Counted from the first letter of the stretch, positions 1 through 13,291 are shown. The stretch: DNA of 64,000 nt from Cyanophora paradoxa CCMP329 (GCA_004431415.1 QPMI01000036.1:496001-560000); one strand, 5' to 3'. Numbers and translations are program-made. Notes: generated by a model not told the origin, from the letters alone.

Positions 1-2333
1 AAGCGAAGGTTCGGATAGCGAATTGCAGGCAGCAGCGATGGTTGCAGAGAGGGAGCCAGTGTTACTGGCAAGTTGGGAAAGTCGGACATACTGGTCAAGG
101 AGAGAGCTTGACACAGTTGAGTCGGGTGTTGCAGGTGATGCTTCAAGCACAGCAGCTTTCTTGAGGGCATCTAGTGCTTCCCCAAACCTAGACATCTTTG
201 TCAGGCAAGTTGCAAGTAGACTGAATCTTCTCGTAAGTTGCAAGTCTGGCAACTCCGCTGTGCTTGAAAGCGTCATGAACAGACGGCAGGCATTTTGCAG
301 AAAATCTGCAGCGCTCTCAAACATTCGCTGATTGAAAAGAGTTGCCCCAGTATTATAGTATCTGGAAAAACTGATAAGATTCGTTTAAGAAAAATTAAAG
401 TCAAAGCACTCACGACACTGCAATATTTCGCAAAACTCCTGAGTCCTTGCTGCAGAAACGATTCCACAGGTCTTCAACCTGGTCCAGTTGGGATACGATA
501 TGTCCACATTTCGGTCCCGATTTGTTGGACTCTGCCGAAATCTGGGTTGCTGCTGAGATGGAAGATAGTATAACTTCAATCCTTCTTTTCCCCAAGATGT
601 CTACTGCTTCTTGGGAGTTCTTGTACTCAGGACATTTCTCCTGCAGAGAAAATATTAAATGGAAGCTTGAGAGGCCAGCAATTCATCGCACCTCAGCAAA
701 CTTGCACGCATCAAGAAAAAGGCTACAGATGATGTCATGGTCACGAAGATTAGGCTTGCTCCGCACTTCCCTGACCACTTGAAAAAGTCCAGACAGGACA
801 ATTTGCACAGCTTTCGAGCCTAAAACAGTCGCCAAGACGGAGCCCACACATAGTTTTAGTCTGGCCACAGTGGCTCTCGAGCTCTGGCTGTCAGAAACAC
901 CTGCAGTGAAACTTGTCAGTGTGATGACACACAGGACAGGACATTTGCCCACCTTCATATCGCAACTGCATGCAAGTGATAACTAACATGAGCACTGATG
1001 ACGTCTGATGAGGCCCGTTCGAAACCGACAGAGATCTCAGGAAGCCGCACGATATTGTCGAAAACCCTGCCTACAAACAGGTTCACACAGGTTTGTAACG
1101 CTCGGTAGATATTATGAGAGAAGAGATTACCTTGTCAAGGGCCATACACGTCTGCTCTAACCAACAGCTCAATTTCATGACGACATCTTGCTCTTGTTCC
1201 CCGCCCTTTAGGAAAGATGTGCATGCTGATGCAATCTGCTGCAGGGTTTCATTGGTCGACCCCTCGTCGTATTCTGTGTGATGTCAGTGGATTTCGAAAG
1301 CAGGCGTTAAATTTGGGCACCGTGAGTCGATGACAACTTTGAAAGTGCGAGAAGGGAGCTGAAACACGATGCAGTCAAGTCGTGGAAGGGCTCATGTCTC
1401 TTCTTCCACAATTCCATCGCACAGATGTTGAGACCGAGGCAGGCACTTGCAATCTGTGCAGCATCCGCAGCCTTCATTGTTTTGGAAAAGCCTGAAGACG
1501 CGAATGCAAAATCATAATTGTGTCTGAGAGCAACAAAATAAAAAATCTTACCCTCCAGTTTAATAGACGCTTTGGTGAAAACTTTAGCTATAGCAGCTGC
1601 AGTTTTTGCTCCGCGCTCCAAGTCGACGTCCATAAGATGCGAAACCCAGCGAACGATACTTGTTGCTTTTTGAGCAATGCGGAGCATAAGTTGACCACAC
1701 TCCACTTCAACAACACACAGGGCGGCATTGTAAAAAGCTCCAGTCACGAGGTTGGCGAGCTCGGCGGGAGCTGAAATGGTGGATGCGCTTTGGTGTTGGG
1801 CGATGAAAGGAACCAGCATAGTCTCGACCTCCGCGAACGCCTCCGATGCCTGTGCAGCGCTCAGCTTTTCGATCCGTTCAAAACCATATCACAGACACGC
1901 ACCCAGCGCAGGTCTGCGCATTTGACGATGAGGTTGAAGCGTAGCTTTTGCGCCACGAATCCCGTAGCCGCGCAGTCTAGCGACTCCACCGAGGCAATGC
2001 ACAGGCGCGCACATTTCAGCAAGTCCCGCTCATGGCCCTTCGTGGCAGCGAGCTCTCGGACGCAGTGCGCCGCCAGTTTTGCCAGTGCGTTGCAGCTAGC
2101 CGCCACGGCATTCCTGGCCGCTTGCTCTCACAAGACATCGTGCACCAAGAGGAGAAGAGTGCGCACCGGGAAGCGCCGCGAGCGGATGCGCCGCTCTTGT
2201 GGCGTTCCGCGAGCCGATCGCACAAAGACTGCACGCGCTGAACGCTCGCTGGACCGACAGGGGACGCTGCAATGTCGCGCGCTGCGCTTTCCAGCTCCTC
2301 CGCCAGCCGGCTATCGGCGTCTTTAGGCGGCAT
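1..2333 (-). CDS. Large multi-exon alpha-helical/TPR-like protein, possibly the N-terminal part of separase; 3' end lies outside the window
   Basis: ATG at 2333 (MPPKDADSRL). Helical exons include LANLVTGAFYNAALC and YNTGATLFNQRMFESAADFLQNACRLF...LLATCLTKMSRFGEALDALKKA, which are TPR-like. The separase resemblance is impressionistic and no C50 peptidase domain is visible here. Confidence 0.4.
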
Positions 2334-2741
2334 CACAGGCTATAGCAATCGAGTTGATTGCGCATGCAGGTGCTCCCAGGCAGGCTCAGCAGAGAGCGCC
2401 TCCTCCCCCGCGGCTGCAAGGCGGTCTCCTTGACTTTGAGGGCACAAGGGGCGTCAAAGCGCGAGCTGCACGTGCTCCGCAGCTATCGTCCGCTCCCAGC
2501 GGCGCTCGCGCTGTCCTGGGAGCTGGTTTGGGCCCCGAGCCGTTCTCCGGAAATGCCGTACCCGCCTAGACGACTTCGACGTCACTTCGTCGGCATTGAC
2601 CAGGAGAAGTCCCGCTGTCAAGAATCCCGCGAATTCAGCGCCGACCGCGTAGCTTCCATTTGGTCGGAGTCGGAGCGTGCGCGTACGCGCGGGGTCCGAG
2701 CGCCCTTGAGCGCTCCGCTTGAGATAACCGCCGTGAGCATC

Positions 2742-3579
2742 ATGGAACCCGCTGGATTGCCTGCCCACGCGCTCCCGGCTGGGGCGCCTGCAGTTTCCGC
2801 GGTGTCTCTCGCCTCTGTCCCGACCGTGCCGATCTTTCAGATGCCGCTTCCTCCGAATATGCCAGCACAGCGCATCGCGGCCGCGTTTATTGCGCACCAG
2901 CAGCAGCAGCAGCAGCGTCCGGAGAACCAGCATATGCAGCTCTTGCTGGACACAAAGCGACTGCACGCCCAGAATGAACAACAGCAGCAGATACAACAGC
3001 ATCAACAGCAGCAGCAACAGCAGCAGCAGCAGCCGCCGCAGCAGCAGCAACCACAGCAGGCTTCGCACGCCCCGCGGGAACGATATGGCGCGATGCGGGG
3101 CGCTGGCGCGCAGTCCAAGAAAAGGTTGTTCGCTAAAGATCGTGCGTCGATGCACACACGGCCTCGTCCCTTCTTCTGAACGCGGTGGCAGTGAAATTTA
3201 TGATGTATGGCTTTGGCGACCAAAATATGCAGCAGGACACTATTGAAATGCTCGAGGACCTCGTGGTGGAGTACATTTGCGTGATGGTCTGATCCTTCGT
3301 TTTTCTTTGAGTTCGTATTCAGAATCTGAAGCCGCACAGACTCAGAAAGCCGTGGAAAGAAGTGGCGCACGCGGGCGGGCATCAGTTGAAGACCTCTGTG
3401 CGCTCGTTCGCAAAGACAGAAAGAAGTATGCGCGTGTCCGAGAGCTTCTGCGCATGTACAAAGAAATCAAGAAGGCCAGGTGCGAGATGTTGTTGACAGG
3501 TCCGAATTCTTGTTCAAACGATGATCGCAGGCAAATCATGGATGATCCTGAGATCAAAATGCCACAATCGAACGATTAG
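2742..3579 (+). CDS. TAF13: TFIID subunit 13 (histone fold) with a polyQ N-terminal extension
   Basis: Spliced exons give KKRLFAKD..MMYGFGD...DTIEMLEDLVVEYI...GRASVEDLCALVRKDRKKYARVRELLRMYKEIKKAR, the TAF13 signature. Confidence 0.92.
2898..3060 (+). repeat. CAG/CAA trinucleotide tracts encoding polyQ
   Basis: Runs of cagcagcag and caacag within TAF13 exon 1. Confidence 0.9.
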
Positions 3580-3963
3580 GGGCATCTTATCGCTTCGCGT
3601 CATGCCATCATCGGGGTTAATTTGAAATACAAATCCAATGCTGGCTGGATGCCATCATGGCTCATTTCCACGGGCATTTGACTGCCTTTTTTGAGCATGC
3701 GCATGTCTGACTGTGAGCATTTGGACACGAATTCAAACCGCAAGTCCGAGCTACAAGCTATAGCTAGTTAGCTATAGCTACATTTTCTCGCGCGGCGGGT
3801 GCTGCATCGCATCTTGTGGCGGTGGGGGTCGTCTCGGGGCGGTGGTGGGAGGATTTGATCTTTCGCTGCTCGTGGTACCGGTATACGTACCCTGCGGCCG
3901 CGTTCGAATTCAGCTAGCGCTCCGCGGGGCCGCATATATACGTTTGCGTTGCCGCTGATCACC

Positions 3964-5382
3964 ATGCAAGCAAAACGACGCGCTTCGCGTCGCGTTCTTG
4001 TTGTCGTCGCTGCAGCCGTGCTGGGGCTCTGCTGCGCGGTGCTCGCGTGGCCCCGATCGCTTCCGAGCCTTTCCCAGTCGACGTCTCGGCAAGTTCTGGC
4101 CGCAAAGTCGTCTGAGCAACGTGTCGTCGACGCAGGACGTGCGCATGCGAGCCCCGCACGCGGGCCCCTGCTGCCCCTCGCGCAGTGCTGCGCGCCGGAC
4201 GGGCTGGATTCCCCGCGGCGCTGAACCACCTGGAGCTTCGCGGAGTTGGTGTCGAGATCGGCGTTCAAGTGCGCGCGCGGAATTCTTAGGTCTGGGCGGC
4301 CCCGCCTTTGCTCATGACTTCCACAGGAGGCCATCCACGCCGAGCACATTCTGCGGCAATGGCCCGCCTTCGCGGGCGTGATCCCTTCCTGCACATTGAT
4401 AAGGGGGTCGGCGCAGGGCGGGTCGGCGCCTCGTGCTCGTCGATCCGTGCGGACGAATTGGTGACCCGCCAGGAGCATTCTCTGACAGCGAGCGACCAGG
4501 TGGGCACATCAAGATAAACGGGTCTACACGGATGGCGCAAACCGCATCCAAGAGGAGCAGGTGCAGCGCGCCCGAAGAGATTTACAAGGTCGCGTCCAGC
4601 GCCGCCCGCCAGGAACGGATCTACGAGACGGCCAGGCAGCGTGTCGCCCCATTTGCAGACCGCGTCTCGATCATGCGAAGATATTCTGTGGTGCGTACGT
4701 GCGAACGCATGCGAGTCTGCTTCCGGCCTCTGACCATTCGCCAGGACGCCGCCAATGAGTTCGAGAACAGCTCGTTGGACTTCATTTACATCGGTGCGGC
4801 CGCGGAGGTCCCCTGCAAGCCGGCGGGGCGCACTTGGAGCTAGCTATCCGCGCAGACGCGAGGCACGACTACGAAGGCGCCCGAGAGGACCTGCAGGCCT
4901 GGTGACTCACCTTGGCCCTCCAGTCCGAGCCTGCACTCTTGTCGCCACTGAAGTCCTGGCTGCAGGTACCCGAAGCTACGCGAGGGCGGTCTCTTTGCCG
5001 GGCACGACTACATAGGTGAGTAGGGACAGGTCTTGCCCCTCTGAATGTCTGGCCTCTGACTGTCCTGGAGACCGTGACCTGCCTGGCCGGCCCCCTTTCT
5101 TCGTGAAGCGCGCAGTCGACGAGTTCGCGCAGCAGGTCCCTCCCCTCCCCTTCCCGTCTCCCCTTGAAAGGTCATCCACGCTCAAGGGATCGATGGCACA
5201 CTCAGGTTGGTCGGGTTGCTCTGCAGACAGAGTGCACGCCTGACTGCCCCGCTGGATGCACCGAGGTAAATCCCCTTATTTGATAATAACGCAAAATCTT
5301 ATCAATACGTAATTTTGAGAACCAGTGCATGGACTCGGGGCTCCCCGGCGTTGGGTACCCGTCGTGGTGGTGGATCAAGTGA
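3964..5382 (+). CDS. Class I SAM-dependent methyltransferase (Methyltransf_24-like) with an N-terminal signal anchor
   Basis: RRVLVVVAAAVLGLCCAVLAW anchor. Downstream exons give LVDP, RVSIMRRYS, DAANEFENSSLDFIYIDARHDYEGAREDLQAW, YPKLREGGLFAGHDY, VKRAVDEFA and PSWWWIK*. Confidence 0.85.
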
Positions 5383-6118
5383 GGGGCTCGGCATGCTGCC
5401 AGAAGCTTTTTCAAGGTCACTGCGCCATACGTCTTTCTCATCTTGAGCTTCTATCTATTCTTCGACCATACCAGTTCTACGGTTGCAAGGCCGCCGCAAA
5501 TAGCATGCGGCTCACAGCTGAAGCCCATCATAATCTAGCTGCGGCATATGCGTGTGGCTTCAAGCTCATCGATCGTTGCGAGGCCGCAGCATGAGGCGTA
5601 CTCGAGCATTTCAAAGCATGCGGGGTATAGCGAATTCAAGATGACGTGATGACGAATGGGGGTATAGCGTTTGCGGCTCATCTGCCTGCCTAGCGTCTGC
5701 GCATGATGCGTGATCCGAGCATAACACTGAGTACAACATGTTCAAGCAGCAGCAGCGGCCCGGCGTCCCCGGCGCCCCCGCCCGGCTCTTAGTAGCACGC
5801 GGCCGTTATCCTATCCGAGACGTACTCGGGTCTCGGGAACGGATCGCGCCCGGGACCGCGCCGGCGCCACCGCGGGCCGCGGCCGGGCCAGGACGTACCG
5901 GCGGCTTCGTAAGTTGATCATTCATCATGATCAGATCTAGATCTACTAGTAGAGGGCGGCTCTGCGCTCAACGAGGCGACACTGCGACAGTTCAGGGCGC
6001 CATAAACAGCTCAGGGCGCCAGAAGCTTAAGCCGCTCCAGGCTCCAGTATATATCAGCAGCGGCACGTACGCGTGAACGTTGCTTTCTAGCTAGACGCTG
6101 CTCTCGCCATAAATCGCC

Positions 6119-7080
6119 ATGGCGTCGCCTTGGACTGGGCAGTGCTCAGCGGTTATGGCCGATACGTTTGGCCGCGTGAAGGTGCGCGACATACTATGAT
6201 ATCAGCAACGTTTCGAACAAAATTCGTGAGCATGCGCGCGCGCCCCCGCGCAGGCTGCCGCGGTTTTCGGCCAGGATGGCGGCGTGTGGTGCACGCAGGG
6301 CATGCTGAGCACGGACCTCACTAGAGCTAGCAAGGAGACCGTTGCTCTCACTCAAGGCATCAACGACATCGCGAAGCTGCAGACCAACGGCATCGTCATC
6401 GACGGGACGAAATACACATATCTTGGAAAAACAGCTAGCGGCGCCGTTTTTGGCAAGAAGCCTCTCTCGACTTCCCACGTTCTGGCCACGCTGTCGAACA
6501 CCGTACGTAATCGCTGTTTCGCTGCGCTTGACCGTCGAACTTCTCTTTCTGTTCCATTGCAAATAATCTGGAATATTTCCGCAGGCTGTCGTAATCGCGT
6601 TGCTAAAAGACGGAATTAGCCCGTCTAGCGTCCCCACCGTTGACTCCGTTGCTGGTAAGCATCCTTGTGGCTAGCTCCCGGGCATTTTTTAGTTGAATTT
6701 AGACCTGCGCATATATCTTCAGAATTCAAGTCTGCGTGGCATTGTTCACTTGAAGATATACCACTTCGATAATTTGCGACTGTGTCGTTTTATGTAATAG
6801 ACTCCAAGGCTCTGTGACTGCGGGATGCCACGTGCACATGCTTTGATCACGAAAGATTGCCGTTTTTATCTGATCCCGTGAACCTGCCGCAGCAACCCTC
6901 AAGAGCTACGGGGTCAAGCTCGACGAGGTGGAGCAGCAGTTGACCGCAGAGGAGGTCGAAGGCCTCACGCTGGAGGCCCTCCCCGCGGAGGAGGGGGCGG
7001 CCCTCGCGGCAGAGGCCGAGGCCGACAGTGAGATCATCTTTGCCGTCGCCGAGGAGGACCCCGAGCTCTCCCTCCTGTAG
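6119..7080 (+). CDS. Profilin with an acidic C-terminal extension
   Basis: MASPW..., AAAVFGQDGGVWCTQG, LQTNGIVIDGTKYTYL, AVFGKK, AVVIALL and VDSVAATLKSYGV match the profilin fold order. There are three canonical GT-AG introns. Confidence 0.85.
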
Positions 7081-7349
7081 TGCCTTGTTTTCAGACTTCA
7101 GCTTGCCACTAACGATATGCATGGGGCCCAGCCTTGAATTCGAAGAGCTTATGAGCGATGATCATGAATATGGAAAAACAACATTCATGATTGCAGCACA
7201 TTCTACAATACGCGTACACAAATATATGATAAAGAACTTGCAAAGAAAACGCCGCACTGCGGTTTAGCGACTCGCGATCGGCGATACTTGCAATTGATCG
7301 AATCGATATGACTCAGTGACTTACCGGCTGCAGAATTCGAATCAATTGG

Positions 7350-9850
7350 CTACTGCTCCTGAGCCTGAGGACTGTTAGATATAGGCGAGGCCTCCTGCGT
7401 CCGTGCAGCTGGGCCATCCGGGGCCTTCGATGCCTCGACGCCGGCCCCCTTCTGCTTGGCGTGGTGTGCACCCCTGTGCTCCCCCCCCTTCTTCCTCCGA
7501 CGCCGGACCTCATGAAGCACCTGTGGCGCCGGGCCGACGTCAGCAGGCGCACTCGCGGTACGCGGCTCCTGGGAGAGGAAGGAGAGGCGGGTACCTCGGC
7601 GAGGCCGCCGCGAAGCTCGGCCCGCAGCTCCTCCAGCTCCCGCCGCAGCTCCGTCGCCCGCTCCCCGCAGGTGCAGCTGCACGCCGCCGCCAGCGAAGAC
7701 GCCGCCGCCGCCGGCGAAGCTGCTTGCTTCCGATCCCGAGACAAGTCGGAACCCGAGCTCGAGGCTTCGGCGGGGGCACGGTTGAGATGGACCCAGTGCT
7801 CCAGCTCGCGGCGGGCGCGGCCCCAGTTCTCCAGTGCGCGCATCTCAGACGCGCCGTATGCCGCCCCGGGGGCCCTCCGTCGCCGCCAGCGCCACAGCCT
7901 CTGGATCGCCAGCGCCGCCGCCTCGCGGTACCGACGTCTGTGCATACACCGTGTTAGCAGACCGCCGGACCCGGGTAGTTAGTGGGCGCGGGCCGGGCGC
8001 AGGGGTACGCTACCGGAGGTTGCCCTCGGTGAGGAGGGAGACCACGGCCGCCTCGGAGCCCAGCAGCTTTGAGCGCTCCAGAACGAGGCCTGGGGGTACA
8101 TGGTCAGGGTCCAGGGGTACGGGGCACTAGGGACTCCGGGAGCGGGGACGGGTACGGGGCGCGCCGGTGAGGAAGGCGAAAACAAGAAGGCCCCAGAGGA
8201 TGGCGATGGAGAGGACGGCCCGGCCCAGGTAGGATTTCGGAACGATGTCGCCGTACCCAACCGCTGTGAGGGACGATAAGAGGGGCCGGGGAGAGAACGG
8301 GGCGAAGGGTGGCCGGGGTACGTGCTCGTCATCGACACGAAGACGTGCCAGACCGCCGTCTACGGCGCGGCGGGGTGAGTCGATATCTTGGGGCGATGAT
8401 GCAGAGGGGAGGGGTGCTGGGTGCGCGTGCCTGGAAGCTGTATCCTTGGCCGACACCAGCAAAGGGTCGCTCGAATATCAATAGCCAATACGAGAAAACG
8501 GCCAGCGATGAGACGGTCATCGCCGAAATCGTAAGGAAGGGCCGCCTAGCCACTGACGCCCGAAACAGGAACGGCAGGCCCACCTACACGCACGATCACA
8601 ATCGTGGGCTGTACCCCCGCCCCGAGGGGGACGCTGGCGCACGTGGAGGCGCTGAGAGTGGCAGAGGAGGCGGCCGCTGCCCGAGTAGACGTACGAGGCG
8701 TCCCGGGCCTGCGGTAGCGGCGGACATCAGCGCGGTGCGCATGCCACCTGCAGCTGGCATAGTTCCGCCGCACGGATCGGAGGAGGAAGAAGAGGCGGAG
8801 AAAGACGAGGGGGCTCAGGACGCTCTCGTTGTAGGACTCGACCGACTCTCGGAAGACCTGCTTGCTCGCCACCTGCGCAGGGCTTAACACCCAGCTGGGT
8901 ACAGGCTGCTCCAGGGAGGAAGGCGGACCTCGAAGCGGACGGCGGGGGGCAGGTGCGCGATTGCGGCTAGGAGCTCGGGCACGAGCCGCCAGAGGGCGCC
9001 AGAGGCCAGGATGCTCCCTGACACCCGTCATGCCCGAGCGCGTGGGCGGCGGGGAGGGATGCCAGCGGACCGTGGCGGTAGAACTGGCTCTGAGCCTTCA
9101 TGGAGCTGTGGTGGAGGGTCGCGCCGTACCCCAGAAGTACACCTGGCCGGCGAAGCGAGGTGAGGCAGGGCGCGTCGGGTCCGAGGGCGGGGGCGGGCCG
9201 CACAGAGGAGGGCGCTGAGGGCCGTGACGGCCGCGCGCAGGCCGAAGCTGCCGGGCGCGTCCCCGTTCCCGTACCTCGTGTAGGTCTCGATCTAATGCAA
9301 GCCAATCGGTGGAGAGAGGGAAGGAGCTCCACGGGGCAGCCGGTCGAAGGCTCACGTCGATGATCTGGAGCACGACGGCAGCGACGGAGACTGCGCTGAC
9401 GGCGCCGTTGAGGGCCCGCCGTCGTGCGGAAAGAGAAGATCCTGCGGCTCCATCACGTAACGCGGGCGATTGCGCCCGTCTTTCGGTCGCACCGATGCCC
9501 GCCGGGCTCAAGATGGATCTCGATGCTAGCCGCCGGGAGAGGATGCGCGAGCCCGAGTGGAGCCAGGATAATCGCCTGCGCAGAAACGCAGAAGCAGCCT
9601 AGCCGTTACGCGTACGCATGGCGGCGAGGTCTGCCCAGGGTGCCGACCTCGAGCTGCCCGAACTCGGAAGGCCTTTGGACAGCGTCTTTTCAGCCGATCC
9701 GGGAGGCGAGGACGGCACCAGAACGGGCGAGGGAAGGTTAACAAGCTGGAGAGGAACGCAGGAATCAAGATCAAGATCGCTCGGGCCACCGACAGCTGCT
9801 GCCGTGTCACGGCTTGCGTGCCCGGGACGAACGAGGCGGCGCTGATCCAT
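7350..9850 (-). CDS. Potassium channel, small-conductance Ca2+-activated (SK/KCNN)-like
   Basis: Pore LTAVGYGDIVPKSYLGRAVLSIAILWGLLVFAFLT. S1-like ALNGAVSAVSVAAVVLQII, S4-like LVFLRLFFLLR and S5-like YWLLIFERP. Post-S6 REAAALAIQRLWR resembles a calmodulin-binding helix, and there is a C-terminal coiled coil. Confidence 0.8.
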
Positions 9851-10137
9851 GCTGTTCCCGCGGCCGTCTCCAAGTTTAGATCTCAGAGCCTGAGCCTGCC
9901 AGCGAGCTATAGCTAGTGTTCGCCGGCACTGCGGCAGTTTGCTGACATGACGCGGGCTCCAGCGTGACGTGCAACCAGTACCCCGCGCGGTTGACACGAA
10001 GTTTCAAGCGAACCTCAACTGGAAGTCTAATTCTCCTGTCACGCTACCGGTACCTGCTACGGGAGCACTCTGTGACCGCAGGAGCTGTGCGCGACTCCGA
10101 CATTAAAAAGCTGCATGTTTTCAAAGAGGACACATCG

Positions 10138-13100
10138 TTAGAGAACATGCAGGAGCTCGCTAACGGTGTCGACATCCAGCCGCGACATGCACGGAGGCGT
10201 CCTCGAGCTGCAAACGAGGGTGCGGTACAGGGACGCCGCCCTGTCTCTCTTCTGCTGGTTCCCAAGGGCATTCTCCACAAGTGCTCGGGCGTGGAGGACC
10301 TCGACCAGCTGCTGTGCACACCCAGCTCCCCTGAGCGAAGTCTCGGCCTGTTCCAGCAGAGACGCGGCTCGGTGAAGTTCGCTGACTCCTGTTTGCAGCG
10401 CGGGTCATCAGAATGTGCAACCGGAGGAGAAAACGAGCTGGCTCACGTTTCTGCACCACATGGGCTGATCTCACGATGTGACAGTTCGCGAGGACCATGA
10501 GTGCCTCCCCACAAAGCTGGGCAGGGCCGCTATCTAGCAACTGCGGGAGAAACACCTGCAAGGGAGCTTCAGAATGCATTAAGAGAAAACGAATAGTCAA
10601 GAGCACTTGCATTGATCATGTTCTGGACATCACGGGCGACCTCCTTGGCGTCCGTATTGCACTGTGCGCCAGCTTGAAGGACCAACGAAGCAAGCTTGAT
10701 GACACATTCTGCACGAATACCCTCGAGTCCATGCTTCTCTGCCATCGAGGTTGCTTTCAGGAGAACACCTATTGCCAGCTCCCAGCATTCCAGGTCCTGA
10801 GCACAGAACATCAAGTCGAATTTGGTGATTGAACATGCAAATCAGCAAACCACAAGCATGGGGGCCATTGTCAAAAGGGCATTTAGTGCGTTTGTGTGCA
10901 AACCGAGAGCTTCACTCTGATCCACGAGGTCCTCCATTTGTGTGATGGCCTGTGTTATAGAGTCAAGCACGGCTGCATAAACGAAGACTCTGAGAGAATG
11001 GCACCTCGTTTGTTCGACCACAGGCAGCAGCAGCACGAATCGAAGCAACAAGTGCATCGATGTAGGGACCAGTATCATGAGAGGGTGTCATTGCGATGGA
11101 TACACGAGCTAAATGCTCTGCATAATGCGGCATCCCCCTGGGCAGGGCAGGTCAAGGTCTAAATGAGAGCAGCAGGGCACTAAGCGTGAACCTGTCAATG
11201 GCACAACCAAACGCGATTGAAGTCAACACCTTCGTGATTGGTAGCTGACTGTGCATTGTCTTGTATCGTGTGGCGGCCTCATTCAGAAGACTGACACCCT
11301 CTTTTACGTCCCCTTGAGACAATTTCTGAGTTATGTCAGAGGCTTTCACGGAATCAGGAAAAGAAAGAGCGGTCACCAAAGATGCAAGATTACACAGTGC
11401 TGAGCATGCCAGAGCTGGGGAGTTGGAGCCAAAGTGCAGCTGGATGCGGTGGTACAGAGCAGCAAGAGATCCACAGCCCACCAGACTCCAGCCCAGAGCT
11501 TGAATTGCATTACCCTGTTACAAAGATCAGTATCAGCTGGTTGCTTACTCTCGGAAAAGGCTTCTCACATGAGGAGCCAGGTGTAGAAGGCGTCCATTCT
11601 CTGCTATCAGCTGAAAAGCGTCTTTCAGAAAGGCATATGCTTCAACTGTTGGCGAGTACTGATTCTGCCGGAAGGCAGCCTGTTGCAATTTATCAGTTGC
11701 GAGATATTGCTGGAGGCGCCAGGCGAACGTTTGAGGCATTGTTTACAGGTGTGAGAAGATCCCGGCGAGCAAGCTCCAGGCTGCACTTTGCTGCAAGCTC
11801 CCAGTGTTCCAGTGCCTGCTTTTGGATGACAATAATCCTCGAACAATATGAGAGAATGCTTTACCTTGGCGCGAGTGATTGCGCGAGACAATGTCGACTC
11901 GTTCAGCAGACATGGCGCAGCCGAAGATGGCATGATTGCCGCAAGTGGGACAAGAGCATGTGCAAGCGATGCATGATCATTGTTCTGATGCGCAATTCGT
12001 ACGGCTTCTTCTGCAGCCTGCACACAATTTCAATCTTCTGCACGGCCAAGTCAGCCAGCATTGAGAGAATGGATATACCTGGAATGCAAGCGCCCAGTGG
12101 CCGAGTTGAAGATGAAGTAGAGCTAGATCGAGAAGGGCGAATTGCAAGGACCCATACATGGTTGAGCCTGAGCTTGTGGCCCCCTGTCCATCTGTCCCCG
12201 GTGCTGCAGATGGCTTCTGGCTAGTGCTCCTAGTTGGGCAACTGTCGAAGTACCGATGAAGAGCATCAAGAGCACCCTCATAGTCTCCAGCACTCGACGC
12301 ATTAAGCAACCTGGGCACAAAATGTAGCTGAGAAAACGCGCCAAGTGTACTAATTATTGCGTAAAAGGTCTCACCTTAGGAATGATGCTTGTGCTGCTGC
12401 AGGCCCGGCTTGCACAAGTTCCCTCGCTTTCAACTCCACTGCAAACGGCGAGGCAATGAGGCCATCATGCTTGAGAAGAAGATCGTTGTCCAGGAACTCA
12501 TCAATCTGGCTGCCGGAGGGCCCAGCAACGGCTGCATCCTCATGGGGAGAATGTTGAGGAGAGCCCCCTTGCATTGACTGCCTAGACCGACCAGCTCGGA
12601 ATCGACGAAGAGCCTCAAATAGGCGAGACACGTCTTCAAAAGACAGCCGGTTGAATTCCAAGATGATGCGTCTGATGAACAAACCGAAGATGCTTCCAAG
12701 CTCCTGGATTGCTTATCAGATGCGCAGGTCTTGACAAGCGTGACCCTTACACACCAAGATCTGCGGATTATCCGGTGTGGAGTCCGCGTGTAAGAGCCTT
12801 GGCAGGTCGACTGCTCGTGTAAGAAGTCAGCTTTAGCGTCATGATTAGACTGCGGGGCCGCAGACGCGCCCGAGAAAAACTCGACGATGTCGTCCGGCCA
12901 TTTGAACGATTTGATCTGCGGTAATGTGATGCGCGGCGGGGGCGCATCCCTCGCCGGCAGGCTGACCTTTTCATCGAGGAAATCAAAAGCCTGCTGTGCA
13001 TTTGATGGCAGCGATTCGCATAGCTCTGCGTACGATCTCTCGTGCGTAGCAGATGTCTGCGCACGCTCGCGGGTTTAGACGATCCTCTGCGTTCGTCCGA

Positions 13101-13291
13101 GCAGCACGGCTGCGGACCTGCACTTGTCGCGACAAGAAGGCGACGAGCGCATTCCGCGACTCAGGCTCAAGCTCTTCATTGGTGAGCGTCTGCGAGTGAC
13201 GTCAGAGCGGCAGCACGCAGCCTCCCGGCGAACAGCACACTTCCTGCACAAGGATCGCCAGCGCAACCTGGAAAGGCGTGGGCCGACCCAT
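10138..13291 (-). CDS. APC5: Anaphase-promoting complex subunit 5
   Basis: MGRPTPFQVALAILVQE; GIFGLFIRRIILEFNRLSFEDVSRLF; GDYEGALDALHRYFD; QFALLDLALLHLQLGH...AAEEAVRIAHQNNDHASLAHAL. Confidence 0.9.

Noticed and set aside
5620-5672. GGGGTATAGC tRNA-like 5' ends, and GGTTCGACTC at 44641
   Set aside because: No cloverleaf and no correctly spaced A/B boxes could be built.
1-13291. Mitotic gene cluster (possible separase plus APC5)
   Set aside because: The separase call is weak and four unrelated genes intervene.
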